This document shows, one piece after another, positions 29,896 to 38,792 of a stretch of DNA of 64,000 bases. The notes below the pieces were generated by a model that searched no databases, was not told where the DNA came from, and worked only from the letters and a program-made list of their open reading frames with translations. The stretch lies in the IMG/VR virus record IMGVR_UViG_3300007512_001547, positions 1-64,000 of that record. The stretch is one strand, 5' to 3'. The position numbers were made by a program, and so were the translations under genes. Source of the DNA: a virus. The first letter of the stretch is position 1. Each line of letters opens with the position of its first letter.

Positions 29896-30580
29896 TAGAT
29901 TCTTTTTTGCGATAACAACACTGTTTGTTATATTCTTCGTTTGGATGGTATTTGCAAAAGTAGACATAACAACACAGGCAGTTGGAATTGTTGTACCTGA
30001 GAAAAACATCACAAAACTAGGCACAATGGTCACAGGAGAAATTGTTGCTGTGAATTACAAGCAAGGAGATGTTGTCAAGAAAGGTGATGTCATAATAACA
30101 ATCAATCCAGGAGTTGGTTACGAACCTAGAAACATTGTGGCAAACATTGATGGCAGGATACAAGAACTCACTTATAGAAATCCAGGTTCCGTTGTAAAAC
30201 AGGGTGACGGACTTGCAATACTTGTACCATTAGATCAGAAACTTATAGTTAATGGAAGGCTTCTTGTAAAAGATAGAGGTTATGTCAAGGTTGGAATGGA
30301 CGCAAAAGTGAGACTTGCCAATCAAGACCAATTAAAATTTGATAGCATTGATGCAAAAATAATATCCATATCTCCAGATGCTGTACAGTCTGACAGTGCC
30401 GCATGGTATGACATAGAACTAGAAATAGAAAAAGAATTTTTCACAAGTGGTGACACGACTTACAATCTTGTGCCTGGTATCCATGTGTATGTTTTCATAT
30501 TAACAGGAGAGAGAACAGTATTAAGTTATATAACAACACCTTTCCATAACGGAATAGGGCAGGCACTACAGGAAAGGTAA
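29879..30580 (+). CDS. Short HlyD-family membrane-fusion protein lacking alpha-helical hairpin
   Basis: N-terminal TM, WM.FAKVDI...G.V.P, GDVVKKGD, DRGYVKVG, ISPDA, LVPG, I.TGERTVLSY. Confidence 0.88.
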   Translation: MSKASSRFFFAITTLFVIFFVWMVFAKVDITTQAVGIVVPEKNITKLGTMVTGEIVAVNYKQGDVVKKGDVIITINPGVGYEPRNIVANIDGRIQELTYRNPGSVVKQGDGLAILVPLDQKLIVNGRLLVKDRGYVKVGMDAKVRLANQDQLKFDSIDAKIISISPDAVQSDSAAWYDIELEIEKEFFTSGDTTYNLVPGIHVYVFILTGERTVLSYITTPFHNGIGQALQER

Positions 30581-32508
30581 TGAGATTTTTTACAAGCATA
30601 TGGATGGTTATTATTGTTGCTATTGTATTGCTAGGTGTCAGAGTAAACAATAACGATACTGTAAAAACTTTAAGATACAAAACGTGGGATTACTTTCAAA
30701 CTATACATCCTAGACAAGACGTTAGTGATTTAGTTACTATTGTTGATATAGGCGAAAAAGATATTGCAAAGTATGGACAATGGCCATGGCCTAGACATAT
30801 AATGGCAATGCTTCATGCACGATTAGGCGACGCAGGAGCAGTAGTAATTAATTACAATATTCTTTTTGCTGAACCAGATCGTATGGGATCAACCCAATAT
30901 CTAAATTCTTTTCCGATGTCTGATGAAACTAGAGAACTATTACAAAAAAATTTAGTAGACACAGACAAAGTTTTTTCTATAGTAATAAAAGAATCTGGCA
31001 ATACTATTTTAATGATGAGTGTTAAAAATAACATTGATAACATTTTACCTAGCACAACGCAAATTATAAAAAAAGGAAATGTAGAGCCATGGTTATGGAA
31101 CTATGCAGGTATAGTACCTCCTTTGACTGAACTTACAGTAGGTGTAGCAGGAAGTGGTGTAAATGTAACAGCACCCGAACCTGATTCTGTTGTAAGAAAA
31201 ATGCCAATACTAATAACAATAGGCAACAAAATATATCCTAGTATGTTAATTGAAAATGTTAGAGTAATTAACAAATCGAAAAGAATTAAAGTTGTTGCTA
31301 AAGAACACGGTATAGACGAAATCCTTGTTAAAAAGAATGCTGGAATACCTGTAAATCATAATGCAGAAATGTATATAAATTATGCAGATCCAAAAAAATA
31401 TAATCACGTATCTGCTGACTATGTTTTAAGTTCTGAATTTGATGCAAATACAGTTAAAGGAAAAATAGTAGTTGTTGGATTAGATGCCGCGGGATTAAGT
31501 GTGTTAAAATATACACCGTTTGGATTAGCTACAGATCAAGAAATTACTGCTCAAGCATTAGATACATTACTAACAGGAAAATATTTGACTAGGCTTCCAC
31601 AGGCAGATACATATGAAATTTTGTTTATGGGTTTACTAGGATTATTAATGATTATATTAATTCCTAGAGTATCAGTATTATTTTCTATTCCGTTATTAGT
31701 TTTTGTATTAGGTGGAATAAGTTATGCATCATTTATGGCTTATGCAAATAAAGGATTTTTAATTGACCCATCATTTGCAGTACTTTATATATTTTTAATT
31801 TGGTCACATAGCACATACAATAATTTTGCAACACAAAGTAGATTAAGAAAACAAATTAAAAAACAATTTGAACATTATTTAGATCCTGGCATGGTTAAAA
31901 AGTTACAAAAGAATCCATCATTGTTAAAATTAGGTGGCGAAACAAAAACAATGACTTTCTTATTTTCAGACATAAGAGGATTTACACCTATTAGTGAAAA
32001 GTATAAAGGTAATCCAGAAGGACTTACAAAATTAATTAATAGATTTTTAACTAGGATGACCAATGTTATTATTGCTAACGGCGGCACAATAGATAAATTT
32101 ATGGGCGACTGTATAATGGCATTTTGGAATGCTCCACTTGATGTACCAAATCATCAAGTATTAGCAATACAAACTGCTCTACAAATGCAAACCGAATTAG
32201 CAAAATTAAATAAAGAATTAGAAGCTGAAGGATTACCAAACATTAACATAGGCATAGGAATCAACACAGGTGAAGCACTTGTAGGCAACATGGGTTCTGA
32301 TCAAAGATTTGATTATTCTGTAATAGGTGACTCTGTTAACCTTGCATCACGTTTAGAAAGCTCTAGTAAAACATTAGGAAAAACTTTAGTAATTTCAGAC
32401 AATACAGTGCAAGATATTTACGAAGGTGTATTTCCGTTTGAGTATATTGACCATATTACAGTCAAAGGCAAAACAGAAGAAATCAAAGTGTATACAATCA
32501 AAAGTTAA
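30580..32508 (+). CDS. CHASE2-domain class III adenylate cyclase
   Basis: VDIGEKDIAKYGQWPWPR, three TMs, FSDIRGFT, IDKFMGDCIMAFW, YSVIGDSVNLASRLE. Confidence 0.96.
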   Translation: MRFFTSIWMVIIVAIVLLGVRVNNNDTVKTLRYKTWDYFQTIHPRQDVSDLVTIVDIGEKDIAKYGQWPWPRHIMAMLHARLGDAGAVVINYNILFAEPDRMGSTQYLNSFPMSDETRELLQKNLVDTDKVFSIVIKESGNTILMMSVKNNIDNILPSTTQIIKKGNVEPWLWNYAGIVPPLTELTVGVAGSGVNVTAPEPDSVVRKMPILITIGNKIYPSMLIENVRVINKSKRIKVVAKEHGIDEILVKKNAGIPVNHNAEMYINYADPKKYNHVSADYVLSSEFDANTVKGKIVVVGLDAAGLSVLKYTPFGLATDQEITAQALDTLLTGKYLTRLPQADTYEILFMGLLGLLMIILIPRVSVLFSIPLLVFVLGGISYASFMAYANKGFLIDPSFAVLYIFLIWSHSTYNNFATQSRLRKQIKKQFEHYLDPGMVKKLQKNPSLLKLGGETKTMTFLFSDIRGFTPISEKYKGNPEGLTKLINRFLTRMTNVIIANGGTIDKFMGDCIMAFWNAPLDVPNHQVLAIQTALQMQTELAKLNKELEAEGLPNINIGIGINTGEALVGNMGSDQRFDYSVIGDSVNLASRLESSSKTLGKTLVISDNTVQDIYEGVFPFEYIDHITVKGKTEEIKVYTIKS

Positions 32509-32519
32509 ATACACACATA

Positions 32520-32801
32520 ATGAATCAATTTTTTAGTCTAGTAGCAGAATTAGGATTACCAATTGCCGCAACAGTGGGAATGGGTGTATTCATACTGTTC
32601 ATAATCAAATATATTTTAAACGGTATTGTAAATTCAATTAAATTTATTGAAAGTGTTATATCTCAACTTGATAACAGAGTAAAAACAATGAACAACGATA
32701 TTATAAAAATTGATCAAGAAGTGTCAGAGCAACTAGGCATACCTGTAGACACAGACAGAGTGGCTAGGGCAGACGGCAAAGTAGATGCGAGGAAAGACTA
32801 A
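32520..32801 (+). CDS. Small single-TM membrane protein
   Basis: ELGLPIA + TM + LDNRVKTMNNDII coiled coil; paralog of next gene. Confidence 0.8.
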   Translation: MNQFFSLVAELGLPIAATVGMGVFILFIIKYILNGIVNSIKFIESVISQLDNRVKTMNNDIIKIDQEVSEQLGIPVDTDRVARADGKVDARKD

Positions 32802-33049
32802 TGGACGTTGTAAGCAAAACAATGACAGTAACGACAATCATACAGGACTATGGGTTCCCCACTGTCGCTGTGTTCTTCCTTGCATATTTTATATGGTTCC
32901 TTTGGAAATACATTACAAACGAAATTACTCCAAAATTAAATTCCACATCAGCAACACTTATCAAACTCATTGATAGAGTACGTATGCTGGACAATGACCT
33001 TATTCGACTACAGGCTAAAGTGAGAACTGTTAGCAAAAAGAAGAAGTAG
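32801..33049 (+). CDS. Small single-TM membrane protein
   Basis: DYGFPTV + TM + LIDRVRMLDNDLI; paralog of previous gene. Confidence 0.8.
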   Translation: MDVVSKTMTVTTIIQDYGFPTVAVFFLAYFIWFLWKYITNEITPKLNSTSATLIKLIDRVRMLDNDLIRLQAKVRTVSKKKK

Positions 33050-33118
33050 TCTTATAACTTCTAATAGCAGATTACTTACAATTCACAACACGTAAATAAA
33101 TTTGGTCGGGAGAGAAAA

Positions 33119-33370
33119 ATGAATTTCATAATGGTAATAATAATATGTCTTGGTGCGAATTGCCAAGCAATTTGGGACAAGCAACAATATTCAACTATTA
33201 ACGATTGCCTTGTGGCATCAGGACCTGTTAAAGAATATATGATGCAGGTTTATCCAACTTCGGCTGGCCAAATATACTGCATGGACGAACAACAATTTAA
33301 AAATTACCAAGAATATATAGAAAATGGTGGTAAACCTACCATAGAAGAATATAACAAACCATCATCTTAA
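33119..33370 (+). CDS. Small secreted Cys-containing hypothetical protein
   Basis: Hydrophobic N-terminus, four Cys, GGAG RBS. Confidence 0.7.
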   Translation: MNFIMVIIICLGANCQAIWDKQQYSTINDCLVASGPVKEYMMQVYPTSAGQIYCMDEQQFKNYQEYIENGGKPTIEEYNKPSS

Positions 33371-33399
33371 TTGACAGATTTTGGTTTTCGCAGTAAAAT
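33371..33399 (+). promoter_or_regulatory. Sigma70-type promoter
   Basis: TTGACA-17 nt-TAAAAT, 5 nt before ATG. Confidence 0.7.
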
Positions 33400-33404
33400 A
33401 AACT

Positions 33405-33728
33405 ATGGAAAGTAAAATCAGAAGAAGTCTGGTTAAAACCTTGACTTGGAGAATCCTTGCGACTACTGATACATTTTTAATCAGTTGGATAATTACAGGT
33501 TACTTAACACTAGCCGGTGCCATTGCAGGTATTGAGGTAATAACAAAAATGTTTTTATATTATGCTCACGAAAGAGGTTGGAGCAAAATTAAATGGGGTT
33601 ACATAGGACCTGAGGAACACACTCATATATTTCCTTTTGCAGAAGATTGGAAACCTATAAAATACGATTTTAGAGATAAAAATACTCATATAAAATATGA
33701 TTTTAGAGATAAAAAAAACGATGAGTAA
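33405..33728 (+). CDS. DUF2061-family membrane protein
   Basis: RSLVKTLTWR..AT.DT, IEVITKMFLYYAHER.W. Confidence 0.85.
   Translation: MESKIRRSLVKTLTWRILATTDTFLISWIITGYLTLAGAIAGIEVITKMFLYYAHERGWSKIKWGYIGPEEHTHIFPFAEDWKPIKYDFRDKNTHIKYDFRDKKNDE
33656..33715 (+). repeat. Tandem duplication, 33-nt period
   Basis: TATAAAATA(C/T)GATTTTAGAGATAAAAA at 33656 and 33689. Confidence 0.9.
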
Positions 33729-33891
33729 CTATATTAAAAGTTTAGCAAGTTTTTTATTCAATAAAATGAATAATTATCAAAATGATAACAAAGTAAGAAA
33801 AGAAAAACCAATGCTTTGGCCTTCTGGAATATATTTCACAGAAAAAAATATAGAAAATTGGATAAAAGAACACGATAAAAAAAATGACTAA
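33721..33891 (+). CDS. Hypothetical protein
   Basis: Start reassigned to ATG 33721 overlapping previous gene end. Confidence 0.6.
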   Translation: MSNYIKSLASFLFNKMNNYQNDNKVRKEKPMLWPSGIYFTEKNIENWIKEHDKKND

Positions 33892-34075
33892 ATGTTGGGA
33901 ATTTAAATTGAAACTAGAAAAGAAAACTATTAAAACTTTTGTTTATAGTAATGATGGAAAAGATATTGAATTAAGATTTCCTAATAACAAGGTTACTAAT
34001 ATAAAAGAGATTGACGATCCATTAAAAGATGTTTCTTGGACTGGGTGGAAACCAAAGAAAAAGGAATACACATGA
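33884..34075 (+). CDS. Hypothetical protein
   Basis: 63-aa coupled ORF. Confidence 0.65.
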   Translation: MTKCWEFKLKLEKKTIKTFVYSNDGKDIELRFPNNKVTNIKEIDDPLKDVSWTGWKPKKKEYT

Positions 34076-34605
34076 TCCACGCAATGATAGACTTAGAAAC
34101 GTTAAGCACAAATCCTGATGCAGTAATTTTAACTGTTGGTGGTGTTAAATTTGATCCATGCACTCACGCAGAACCATCACAAGGAATGTATTTTAGAGTT
34201 GACGTAGATTCACAAACTGCAAAAGGCAGAGAAGTAATGCAAGAAACATTAGACTGGTGGAGTACGCAACCAAAAGAAATATCCGATGAAGCACTAGGTG
34301 ACAAAGATAGAATTAGTTTAGAAGAAATGATTAAAACTATTAACAAATGGTCTGTTGGCGTTGATGTATTTTGGTGTCAAGGCCCATTATTTGATTATGC
34401 TATACTACAAAATTTATATAAACAATTAGGTCATCCAGTTCCATGGCAATACTGGCAAATACGAGATTCGCGAACTTTGTTTAGTCTAGTACCACGTGAT
34501 TTAAATGAAAAGAGAACTGGACTACACAACGCATTAGAAGATTGTTACTTTCAAGCAAAGAAAGTACAAAAAGTATATAAACAATTAGGAATTAAAAATG
34601 TATAA
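34072..34605 (+). CDS. DEDDh 3'-5' exoribonuclease (Rv2179c-like)
   Basis: MIDLETL, WCQG..FD, RDSRTL, HNALED. Confidence 0.9.
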   Translation: MIHAMIDLETLSTNPDAVILTVGGVKFDPCTHAEPSQGMYFRVDVDSQTAKGREVMQETLDWWSTQPKEISDEALGDKDRISLEEMIKTINKWSVGVDVFWCQGPLFDYAILQNLYKQLGHPVPWQYWQIRDSRTLFSLVPRDLNEKRTGLHNALEDCYFQAKKVQKVYKQLGIKNV

Positions 34606-34918
34606 ACCTCTTCCAGATGGAATTACAATTAAATATTCTAAAATACAAGGCTTAGGTTTATATGCTACAAAAGATTTTCCAAAAGATACAGTATTTGGAA
34701 TTGTACATATTAAAAATAAAAATTTTCCACATGGTCATATAAGAACAGCTTTAGGTGCATTTTATAATCATTCAGAAAACCCAAATTGTAAAACATATCA
34801 AGGATTTTGGCATCAATTGCCAGTAGTATATCTTATGTCAATTAAAGACATTAAAGCAAATGATGAATTAGTTGCCAAATATACATTATACATGGATTTT
34901 GATGACGACGGAAATTAA
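34598..34918 (+). CDS. SET-domain protein
   Basis: SKIQGLGLYA, FYNHSENPNC, KDIKANDEL..KY. Confidence 0.88.
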   Translation: MYKPLPDGITIKYSKIQGLGLYATKDFPKDTVFGIVHIKNKNFPHGHIRTALGAFYNHSENPNCKTYQGFWHQLPVVYLMSIKDIKANDELVAKYTLYMDFDDDGN

Positions 34919-35273
34919 TTGGTATTCTATTGAGGATTTATACACAATAGAAAAATATAAAATACGACACAATAAAAATCCAGTTACTAAATGGATCAAA
35001 TTACCTTGTGTGTATAAAATAAAAATTAATAATAAAATTGTACACGTAGGGAGATCAGACACTTGTAAAAAACATGGTGGTGCTGAAAAAGTAAGAAAGG
35101 CGTTGGTTAACCTATTAAATGTTTTAGGACACAATCCAAGTGTTACAAAAACCAAATATTGGGGAAAAATTAGATTGCAACATAAACCAAATTCTAGTAA
35201 TATTAAAATAGGAATCATAAAAACTAATGCCATCAAAAAAACCTACATACAAGAAACCCAGAGAAGTAATTGA
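34902..35273 (+). CDS. Hypothetical protein with GIY-YIG-like N-terminal motif
   Basis: CVYKI.....VHVGRS; start reassigned. Confidence 0.55.
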   Translation: MTTEINWYSIEDLYTIEKYKIRHNKNPVTKWIKLPCVYKIKINNKIVHVGRSDTCKKHGGAEKVRKALVNLLNVLGHNPSVTKTKYWGKIRLQHKPNSSNIKIGIIKTNAIKKTYIQETQRSN

Positions 35274-35640
35274 ATACTACGAAGAATGTACTTGGCTTAA
35301 TCCAACGAACGTACCACCAATGTTTCAAAATGAGAAAGTTTCTGTATTTTACGACAAATATCCTGTTGTAAAAGGACATTTATTGTTTGTTCCAAAAAAA
35401 AATGATATTGAACACGTAGGTGAAGCATACAAACTTGCTTTTTATTGTGGGGAACAATGGATTAAAGAAAAGAAAATGGATGGTTTTAATATTGGACAAA
35501 ATATAGGTAAGGCGGCGGGTCAATCTATTATGTGGCCACACGTACATTTTATTCCTAGACGCAATGGAGACTGTGATAAAAATACAAATAACGGAATTAG
35601 ACTATCTCATCCTAAAGGTGACCACAAGGAATATTATTAA
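35227..35640 (+). CDS. HIT family hydrolase
   Basis: DKYPV..GHLLFVP, FNIGQN.G.AAGQS...PHVHFIPR. Confidence 0.9.
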   Translation: MPSKKPTYKKPREVIEYYEECTWLNPTNVPPMFQNEKVSVFYDKYPVVKGHLLFVPKKNDIEHVGEAYKLAFYCGEQWIKEKKMDGFNIGQNIGKAAGQSIMWPHVHFIPRRNGDCDKNTNNGIRLSHPKGDHKEYY

Positions 35641-35873
35641 TGGCAATTTATATTTCACCAGATGGAGGAGAAACTGTGTACAGACAAAAAAAAGATGGTA
35701 CTCGAGGCAAACTTGTTTCACAATCACAGTATGCTAAAGATATAGAAAAAGAAATCGACGAAGCAGAAATGGTTGGCAGAGAAGCAATCAAACTAAGACG
35801 TAAGTATCCTACCCTACAAAAAGCATGGGATAGATATGTTACCATATGGCATTTAATTAACGATAATGAGTAG
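35640..35873 (+). CDS. Hypothetical protein
   Basis: IYISPDGGETVY start; 77 aa, coupled. Confidence 0.75.
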   Translation: MAIYISPDGGETVYRQKKDGTRGKLVSQSQYAKDIEKEIDEAEMVGREAIKLRRKYPTLQKAWDRYVTIWHLINDNE

Positions 35874-35953
35874 TAATACACATATGCCCAAAAACAATTT
35901 TACCATGCGTATACGTGGCTCTATGTGCGTTTAAAGGGGTATTAAATAGTAGT

Positions 35954-36586
35954 ATGACCAAGTATGTTTCTATAATAGGCAATGGTGAATCACGAAGAGG
36001 ATTTGATATAAGTCCTTTAAAAGACTTCTCAACTGTGGTTGGCTGTAATGCTTTATACAGAGATTATATGCTTGAATATGTTGTATGTTGCGATAAACAT
36101 ATGTGCCAAGAGGCCGCAAATACAGTCAGTAAAAATACAAATATTTTTACCAGAGATAGATGGTTTAAACAATTTCAATTTTGGCCAAATGTAAAAAGAT
36201 TACCAGAATTACCTTACGAAGGAGACAAAAGACAAGACGATCCTTTTCATTGGGGGACTGGACCTTATGCAGGAGTGTTAGCATTAACTTTTAAACCAAA
36301 AGCAATTTTCATGTTAGGGTTTGATCTCTACGACCGAAATAAAAAAATTAATAATATGTACACAGGTTCACATGGATACACTTATATTAAAAGACCTGTA
36401 GATCCATCTTATTGGATATATCAATTTGATAAATTAATGAAATTATCACCTGACGTACGATGGATTGTGGTAAATGAAGAAAATTGGAAAATGCCAAAGG
36501 AATGGAAAGCACATAAAAACGTTTTCCAAGAATCATATGAAGGCATGGCTAAATTTATTAATAAGCAGTTGACAAAATCTAAATAA
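35954..36586 (+). CDS. MptE/sialyltransferase-like (DUF115-type) Rossmann protein
   Basis: IIGNGESR, GCNALYRD, GTG, MLGFDL; start reassigned; paralog of 40120..40890. Confidence 0.6.
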   Translation: MTKYVSIIGNGESRRGFDISPLKDFSTVVGCNALYRDYMLEYVVCCDKHMCQEAANTVSKNTNIFTRDRWFKQFQFWPNVKRLPELPYEGDKRQDDPFHWGTGPYAGVLALTFKPKAIFMLGFDLYDRNKKINNMYTGSHGYTYIKRPVDPSYWIYQFDKLMKLSPDVRWIVVNEENWKMPKEWKAHKNVFQESYEGMAKFINKQLTKSK

Positions 36587-36596
36587 CGTTTATACT
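36569..36596 (+). promoter_or_regulatory. Sigma70-type promoter
   Basis: TTGACA-16 nt-TATACT, 6 nt before ATG. Confidence 0.65.
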
Positions 36597-36602
36597 AATA
36601 CT

Positions 36603-36908
36603 ATGTTTAATAATTTTAAAGAAGGAAATCTTGTTACTTTAAAACTTACATCAGGTGAAGAAGTAATTGCAAAATTTAAATTACTTAATGATGATTATAT
36701 TAGCATTGAGAAAGCACTAGTATTAATGCAAGGACCACAAGGATTGGCATTTGGAACATTTTTTTCAACTGCTGAACAAACAGAACCTATTAATATTGCT
36801 AAAGATAAAGTTACATCTATTGCAAACATTAATGATAAAATTAAAACAGAATATGAAAGAATATTTTCTACAGTGAAAATGCCTGACAAACCAAAAATTA
36901 TAGTATAA
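36603..36908 (+). CDS. Sm-like fold phage protein
   Basis: LVTLKLTSGEEVIAK...Y...F...P..I motif typical of T4-like phage Sm-like proteins. Confidence 0.65.
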   Translation: MFNNFKEGNLVTLKLTSGEEVIAKFKLLNDDYISIEKALVLMQGPQGLAFGTFFSTAEQTEPINIAKDKVTSIANINDKIKTEYERIFSTVKMPDKPKIIV

Positions 36909-37165
36909 TGACACATTTTGACAAACATAGTAAAAGTATTAAAGCATTACTTGATGTTACAGAAGCGATGCTTCATGCAATGGAAAAACACGATGTTGAC
37001 CCTGAATCTGTTGCAAACAGACCTGAATTTTCTGTATTAATTCACTTCTTAAAATCTATTCTAGATGGTGAATTAAATATACCAAACGAACTTACTGACA
37101 GCATACGAAACAAATCTGAAGAATTAGGACTTGATTTTGAAAAATTTAAAAGGAGATTACACTAA
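36908..37165 (+). CDS. Hypothetical protein
   Basis: 85-aa coupled ORF. Confidence 0.7.
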   Translation: MTHFDKHSKSIKALLDVTEAMLHAMEKHDVDPESVANRPEFSVLIHFLKSILDGELNIPNELTDSIRNKSEELGLDFEKFKRRLH

Positions 37166-37665
37166 TGGCTGACGATTATGATAATGTAACAGAAGAATGT
37201 TTTACATCAACAAAAAGTTTTTGGAACTTTCCTTGTGCTCATAGACAATATAGACACGATGGCAATTGCCATTTAATTCATGGATACAGCAGAAGTTTTC
37301 ACTTTGTATTTGGTTGTAAAAGTTTTACTAAAGAAGGTTTTGTAGTTGATTATGGCGATCTAAAAGATGTAAAAGCACATTTAGATCATATGTATGACCA
37401 TACATTGGTGCTTGATGAAGAAGATCCATATATGGATACTTTTAAAAAATTAGAACAAGCAGGTGTATGCAGAATTAGAACTCATCCCATGGGGCCTGGC
37501 ATGGAAGGTACCGCACATTATCTTTGTGAATGGGCAGACAAACTTTTACGTGAAAAATCTCGTGGACGTGCTTGGGTTATTAGTGTTGAGGCTAGAGAGA
37601 ATGACAAAAATAGCTCAATCTATACAAACCCAAATGCAGGATTCAAGGGATGGACAAACACATAA
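37165..37665 (+). CDS. queD: 6-carboxytetrahydropterin synthase (QueD/PTPS family)
   Basis: CAHR, NCHLIHGYS, VVDYG, DH, E at VEARE. Confidence 0.85.
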   Translation: MADDYDNVTEECFTSTKSFWNFPCAHRQYRHDGNCHLIHGYSRSFHFVFGCKSFTKEGFVVDYGDLKDVKAHLDHMYDHTLVLDEEDPYMDTFKKLEQAGVCRIRTHPMGPGMEGTAHYLCEWADKLLREKSRGRAWVISVEARENDKNSSIYTNPNAGFKGWTNT

Positions 37666-38792
37666 CAGATAATTTCCTATATGAAAACATTGTTATTCGA
37701 CTTAACAATAAACAGTTAAGAATAAACATCTACGATACACCATTAGGCAAAAGATGGTTAGAAGCATTAAGAGATAATCTAAAACAAAAAAGAATATTAG
37801 AAAAAAACTTCTGCTTTTTAGGCTGGGCAGATTCCAAAAGAGATTTAACTTATCTTTGCGAAGAATTAAACAAAAATATAGCACAAATTAATTCATTTAA
37901 TTTTAACCCACCATATCCTAAATTAAAAACTTTCACAAACGAAGATTTTCAATATTCGGATAAGTTACCAATTGGCTACATGATAGATAATGATCCAATG
38001 AAAACTCCAGGTTTAAGATTAAAACACGATGCTTGTAATTTATTACATCGTTACTTTGAAGAACTACAAGGTACTGCTTGGAACCTTTCAACATGGTACA
38101 AACAAGCAGACAATGATACAAAATATGCAATAAGACAATTAAATATTTTATGTCACGAAATAGAAAGTTGGGTTCATGCCTATAGAAAAAGTAAGATCGA
38201 ACCTGAATGGATGAGATGCAGTCAAATTACAACTTTTTTAAATGCACCAAGATATGATTTACATGAAGAAGATTATGAATTATTCAAACAAAACAGATAT
38301 GATAGAGAATTAGGGGGAGTATATCTACATTGGAGTCAGGTAGGAAAAACACTTTACGAAGTTTGGAGAGATGAAGATGCACCAGAAATGGATGAAACAA
38401 CCTGTTCTGCTATAAATCACCAAAAATATTATAGTGGAGAGTTTGATATTGATTGGGGACAAACAATTACTGAAGATACTTTTGATTGGAAAAAAGGAGA
38501 GATGGACAATTATAAAAATTGGTTAAAAGAAAATAATTACGATTGGGGAGATCCCAAATTATCACTTGGCTATATTAAATTAGGACAGGTAGATATGAAA
38601 CTGGCATTTCAAAATAAACCTTTTCTGGAAGTTTACAAACAAATGAAAAATAATTTAAATATAAAAAGTATCCATATCATTGGTTCATATACGACAGAAT
38701 GTGAATATCCATACACACTAGATAATGACGATTGGAAACAAAGACAAATGGAAGGATTAAAACGAGGTTATGAATCATATAGTATGCGTTAA
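37650..38792 (+). CDS. Hypothetical protein
   Basis: 380-aa aromatic-rich ORF. Confidence 0.8.
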   Translation: MDKHITDNFLYENIVIRLNNKQLRINIYDTPLGKRWLEALRDNLKQKRILEKNFCFLGWADSKRDLTYLCEELNKNIAQINSFNFNPPYPKLKTFTNEDFQYSDKLPIGYMIDNDPMKTPGLRLKHDACNLLHRYFEELQGTAWNLSTWYKQADNDTKYAIRQLNILCHEIESWVHAYRKSKIEPEWMRCSQITTFLNAPRYDLHEEDYELFKQNRYDRELGGVYLHWSQVGKTLYEVWRDEDAPEMDETTCSAINHQKYYSGEFDIDWGQTITEDTFDWKKGEMDNYKNWLKENNYDWGDPKLSLGYIKLGQVDMKLAFQNKPFLEVYKQMKNNLNIKSIHIIGSYTTECEYPYTLDNDDWKQRQMEGLKRGYESYSMR

